Shown piece by piece: positions 40,169 to 42,792 of a stretch of DNA of 42,792 nt. A program made the position numbers and the translations under genes. Where the stretch lies: assembly GCA_013152225.1 (NCBI GenBank), contig JAADGR010000204.1, positions 1 to 42,792 on the forward strand. The letters are read 5' to 3'. Below the pieces are notes generated by a model. It was not told the DNA's origin. It was given only the letters and a program-made list of their open reading frames with translations, and did not search any database. The DNA comes from Calditrichota bacterium. Its GTDB lineage: Bacteria; Zhuqueibacterota; Zhuqueibacteria; Residuimicrobiales; Krinioviventaceae. How positions within the stretch are numbered: position 1 is the first letter of the stretch; each line of letters opens with the position of its first letter.

Positions 40169-42334
40169 CTACTTTAACATTATACCTGCCTTTTTAAGAT
40201 TTTCAATTAAATCGTTTAAAGTTTGGCGAATGCCCTCGGTAGTTGTAGGGGTTAAACTTGTGTCCATCGAAACAACCTTTGTAACATTGACTAAACCGAA
40301 GCTTTTCCAGACTGGGGCAGGTTGTCTAACAGTAACACCAGACACCGTTGTCGACGCCTTCTTGCTAAGCCGATATATATTCTTTTCTCTAATTACCTCA
40401 ATAACAGTAGCCTCAAGGTCAGCACCAGAAGGACCCGCACCTGGAACAATAACCCTAACCCCGGGAAACAGATTCTTATCTATAGATACTCTCAAACTGT
40501 CTTCCCCCGAGTTCATAGATGCGTTTGACCATGTAACTGCTCCGTTGCTAACGACCCAGCCAGAGTCAGGAGACACGAGAACGTACCCAAGGGTACCATT
40601 TGTGTCAGGCTTTATGTCAATAAATACGTCACCTTTTTTAACATGCTCGTAACCATTTGGATAATTATCCGCGAACTCAAGCCTATTCCCTGTTAATGTG
40701 TTTCTTTGGTTCCAGCCATAACCAAACGGTGTATTTAGATTTTGGAACACACCATGAGGCTGTGAGTAAACAAGCTCCGATACATCTTGTGACTCATAGG
40801 AAATAGCTATTACTTTGTCTAATACAACATTCACGAGATTCGCCCTTAGTCTCGAAGGCCTTGAAGCCAAGATAAAAAATGGAACGTTTGAGGATTGTCC
40901 GAAAGCCGTAACATTTCTGATAAATAACGTAGGTTGCACAGCGTCATTGCCTATCTCTGGAACGTGTATTATAGAAAACGGAGAACCAAGAGGCTTGTTT
41001 AATTCAATGCGGCCATCCGTAAGCTCTAAATAAACCCCGCCTATACCTCCGCTATCAATAACACTTATCAAACCTTTGCCGACGAAGCTCCCATCCGATG
41101 CACCGTAAGATTTTAGAAGGTTAACAGCAGTAGAATTAGCATTATTGTCCCAAGTAAAATCCTCTATAGATACTGGACGGTTTTCCATACCAGAGGGGGC
41201 AACAAACTTAACACAAAAACCGCCAAACCAACCGAACCTGATTCTATTTACATATAAGTTAACATATCCTTTGTTGAAAACTATTCCATCCCCGAAACTG
41301 CCAGAAAGAAGGACATTATCGAGTTTGAAACCCCAATCTACGCCTGCATCCCAAAATATTATATTTTCCGGCAAAACGCCAGAATTTTCATCACCAATCA
41401 TAGCTATATTAACAAACCCATAATAAGGAGTAGACCCTGAAGCCGCACTATATTTAAATATAAACGTACCAGCACCTCCCGCGCCTTTGTACACCAGAGT
41501 CGTTGACCTGACTTCCTCGCCTTTCACTAAAACATTAATAGGCAACACAACGTTCCCAACATAATAAACACCAACAGGTACATATAAAGTAGGAACTTGT
41601 GTACTATTGTTGGCGATTATTTCAATATGCTTTAAGCACTTTACGAAAGCATCAGTATCATCATTACCATCGAAACCGTTAGCGCCTGCCCATGTTACAT
41701 TAAACAATAAATTAGTGAGAAAGTCAACCCTAACCCACTGTTTACCTGACGTAGGATGATTAAAGGCGATAATGCCTTCTGGATAAGTTGAATCCATAAC
41801 AGCAAACCACCCCCCACCGTTACTGCTCGCTGAAGAAAGTCTTTCAAGATAAGCATAACTTCCTCGATCTAAAGTCTTAAGCTGTGCGGTATCAACAGCA
41901 AATGAGTTTTTAACCATTAACCACAATCCACGGCGGCCTACGGTGTCGGTGGCAGAGGTATTGCCATTAACTTTTTTATCAATATCCGTTAGCATCCAAT
42001 TCCCTGTTGTGTCTACGTATAGCGCGTTAGACTGATTCACCCGTATAGTATGATCATCTGGATTATTCGTAATAGAACCACCTCCAGATGCATCGATATA
42101 TTGGTAAACACCTGGTGATAATTTTGGCTTTGTAATTGTACTATCTTCAATACCCGTAGTTGTTAATTGATTTGAATTGTTCAAATTATCGAAAAAGGTC
42201 GTTCGATCTTTCCCTTTAACGATAAATGTATTAATCGCTTCAAGAGTTTTTACACGCCATTTGCTGATTTGCGTGAACAAAATAGATGACAATATTGTCA
42301 TTAAAGCAAGGAGTACGATGAAAAGTTTTTTCAT
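40169..42334 (-). CDS. right-handed beta-helix (pectate-lyase-superfamily) tailspike/depolymerase-like protein with signal-like N-terminus
   Basis: NVTWAGANGFDGNDDTDAFVKCLKH resembles the GAxGDGxTDDTxAxxxA motif of pectate_lyase_3 domains, and repetitive beta-helix-like sequence follows. I set the start at the ATG at 42334 (AAGGAGG SD). The N-terminus reads MKKLFIVLLALMTILSSILFTQ. Confidence 0.65.
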   Translation of the reverse strand: MKKLFIVLLALMTILSSILFTQISKWRVKTLEAINTFIVKGKDRTTFFDNLNNSNQLTTTGIEDSTITKPKLSPGVYQYIDASGGGSITNNPDDHTIRVNQSNALYVDTTGNWMLTDIDKKVNGNTSATDTVGRRGLWLMVKNSFAVDTAQLKTLDRGSYAYLERLSSASSNGGGWFAVMDSTYPEGIIAFNHPTSGKQWVRVDFLTNLLFNVTWAGANGFDGNDDTDAFVKCLKHIEIIANNSTQVPTLYVPVGVYYVGNVVLPINVLVKGEEVRSTTLVYKGAGGAGTFIFKYSAASGSTPYYGFVNIAMIGDENSGVLPENIIFWDAGVDWGFKLDNVLLSGSFGDGIVFNKGYVNLYVNRIRFGWFGGFCVKFVAPSGMENRPVSIEDFTWDNNANSTAVNLLKSYGASDGSFVGKGLISVIDSGGIGGVYLELTDGRIELNKPLGSPFSIIHVPEIGNDAVQPTLFIRNVTAFGQSSNVPFFILASRPSRLRANLVNVVLDKVIAISYESQDVSELVYSQPHGVFQNLNTPFGYGWNQRNTLTGNRLEFADNYPNGYEHVKKGDVFIDIKPDTNGTLGYVLVSPDSGWVVSNGAVTWSNASMNSGEDSLRVSIDKNLFPGVRVIVPGAGPSGADLEATVIEVIREKNIYRLSKKASTTVSGVTVRQPAPVWKSFGLVNVTKVVSMDTSLTPTTTEGIRQTLNDLIENLKKAGIMLK

Positions 42335-42344
42335 TTTGCCTCCT

Positions 42345-42611
42345 TTAATTAACTGAATCAATCATATCCTGCCCGGGTAACCATTTCCCATTTGTACCAC
42401 TCCAGACAGAATCTTTAGAATAATTTGATCCACCGTTTGGATCAACCCATAATTCATATGGCCCGGAAACTTCGATATTGAACACATACATTCCCCAATT
42501 TGAATTGTATGTCCCCTGAATAGTAATACCAGCTGTATTTTTACCCGATACCCCGCGTAATTGTGCTGAATAACCAGAATTTGGGAGAGGAATTTTAACT
42601 GGATTTGGCAT
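42345..42611 (-). CDS. hypothetical protein (88 aa), likely tail-fibre-module
   Basis: A GGAGGG SD precedes the ATG at 42611. The ORF is directly upstream of the beta-helix gene. Confidence 0.55.
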   Translation of the reverse strand: MPNPVKIPLPNSGYSAQLRGVSGKNTAGITIQGTYNSNWGMYVFNIEVSGPYELWVDPNGGSNYSKDSVWSGTNGKWLPGQDMIDSVN

Positions 42612-42622
42612 TTAATTCCCTC

Positions 42623-42792
42623 CTAATCATCTACATCATCATTTTTTATAACTGTCTGAAATTGAACAGCTTTGAATTCACTTTCATCATAAAACGTCGG
42701 AGTTACTGGTTTTTCAGGGGTGTAATTAGTGCTTGTCGTTTGAGAAGTCCCGTTTTTATTATTTATGTAGAAAATCGTTCCCTCATTATCCA
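42623..42792 (-). CDS. C-terminal end of a gene whose start lies beyond the window end
   Basis: Hand translation of the minus strand is open from the window edge: ...DNEGTIFYINNKNGTSQTTSTNYTPEKPVTPTFYDESEFKAVQFQTVIKNDDVDD. It ends at TAG (42625-42623). Confidence 0.5.
   Translation of the reverse strand, partial: DNEGTIFYINNKNGTSQTTSTNYTPEKPVTPTFYDESEFKAVQFQTVIKNDDVDD

Noticed and set aside
39942-40652. A 236-aa plus-strand ORF spanning the 228-aa gene and the 3' end of the beta-helix gene.
   Set aside because: It crosses a gene boundary on the opposite strand. It has no SD and no recognisable motifs.
1-42792. Prophage/integration interpretation: tRNA-like elements as an att site.
   Set aside because: No integrase, excisionase or flanking bacterial genes are visible in the window, so I make no lysogeny claim. 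The tRNA-like repeats lie inside a phage transcription unit.

Overview
The window is almost entirely one tailed-phage or prophage genome segment with a podovirus-like layout. I saw no tape-measure or sheath gene, rRNA, CRISPR array, integrase or transposase. Genes are tightly packed, many with 4-nt ATGA start/stop overlaps, and most have strong GGAGG-type Shine-Dalgarno sites. There are three transcription blocks. (1) A minus-strand late/structural operon spans about 25083 down to 1. It encodes small and large terminase, two paralogous Zn-ribbon proteins, portal, acidic scaffold, major capsid and a small capsid-associated protein, followed by an intrinsic terminator. After that come adaptor/tail-tube-like proteins, an 894-aa nozzle-like protein with a CBM-like insertion, several small membrane or coiled-coil proteins, and one 3,420-aa ORF. 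That ORF fuses a ParB-like domain, an N6-adenine methyltransferase, an SNF2-type helicase, an HExxH peptidase motif and hydrophobic segments. (2) A GC-richer plus-strand island spans 25195-28218 and is bounded by a near-consensus sigma70 promoter and an intrinsic terminator. It carries a ribbon-helix-helix protein, three tRNA-like elements, an ECF-like sigma factor, a Zn-ribbon ORF with no canonical start, and a small 2-TM protein. Two of the tRNA-like elements share an unusual 68-nt reduced-D-arm fold, and the third is an initiator-tRNA-like chimera. (3) A minus-strand block spans 42792 down to 28217. It starts with a beta-helix (pectate-lyase-like) spike that has a signal-like N-terminus and an M15 endolysin. 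An early operon follows, opening with an HTH protein and a DUF1874 (AcrIII-1-like) protein. The rest encodes a Sak4-like ATPase, YopX, many small Cys-rich proteins, an SMC/SbcC-like ATPase, a replication-organizer-like protein with a (GTATCT)n microsatellite, and a RuvC-like resolvase. All functional calls rest on motifs read by eye and on gene order; no database search was run.
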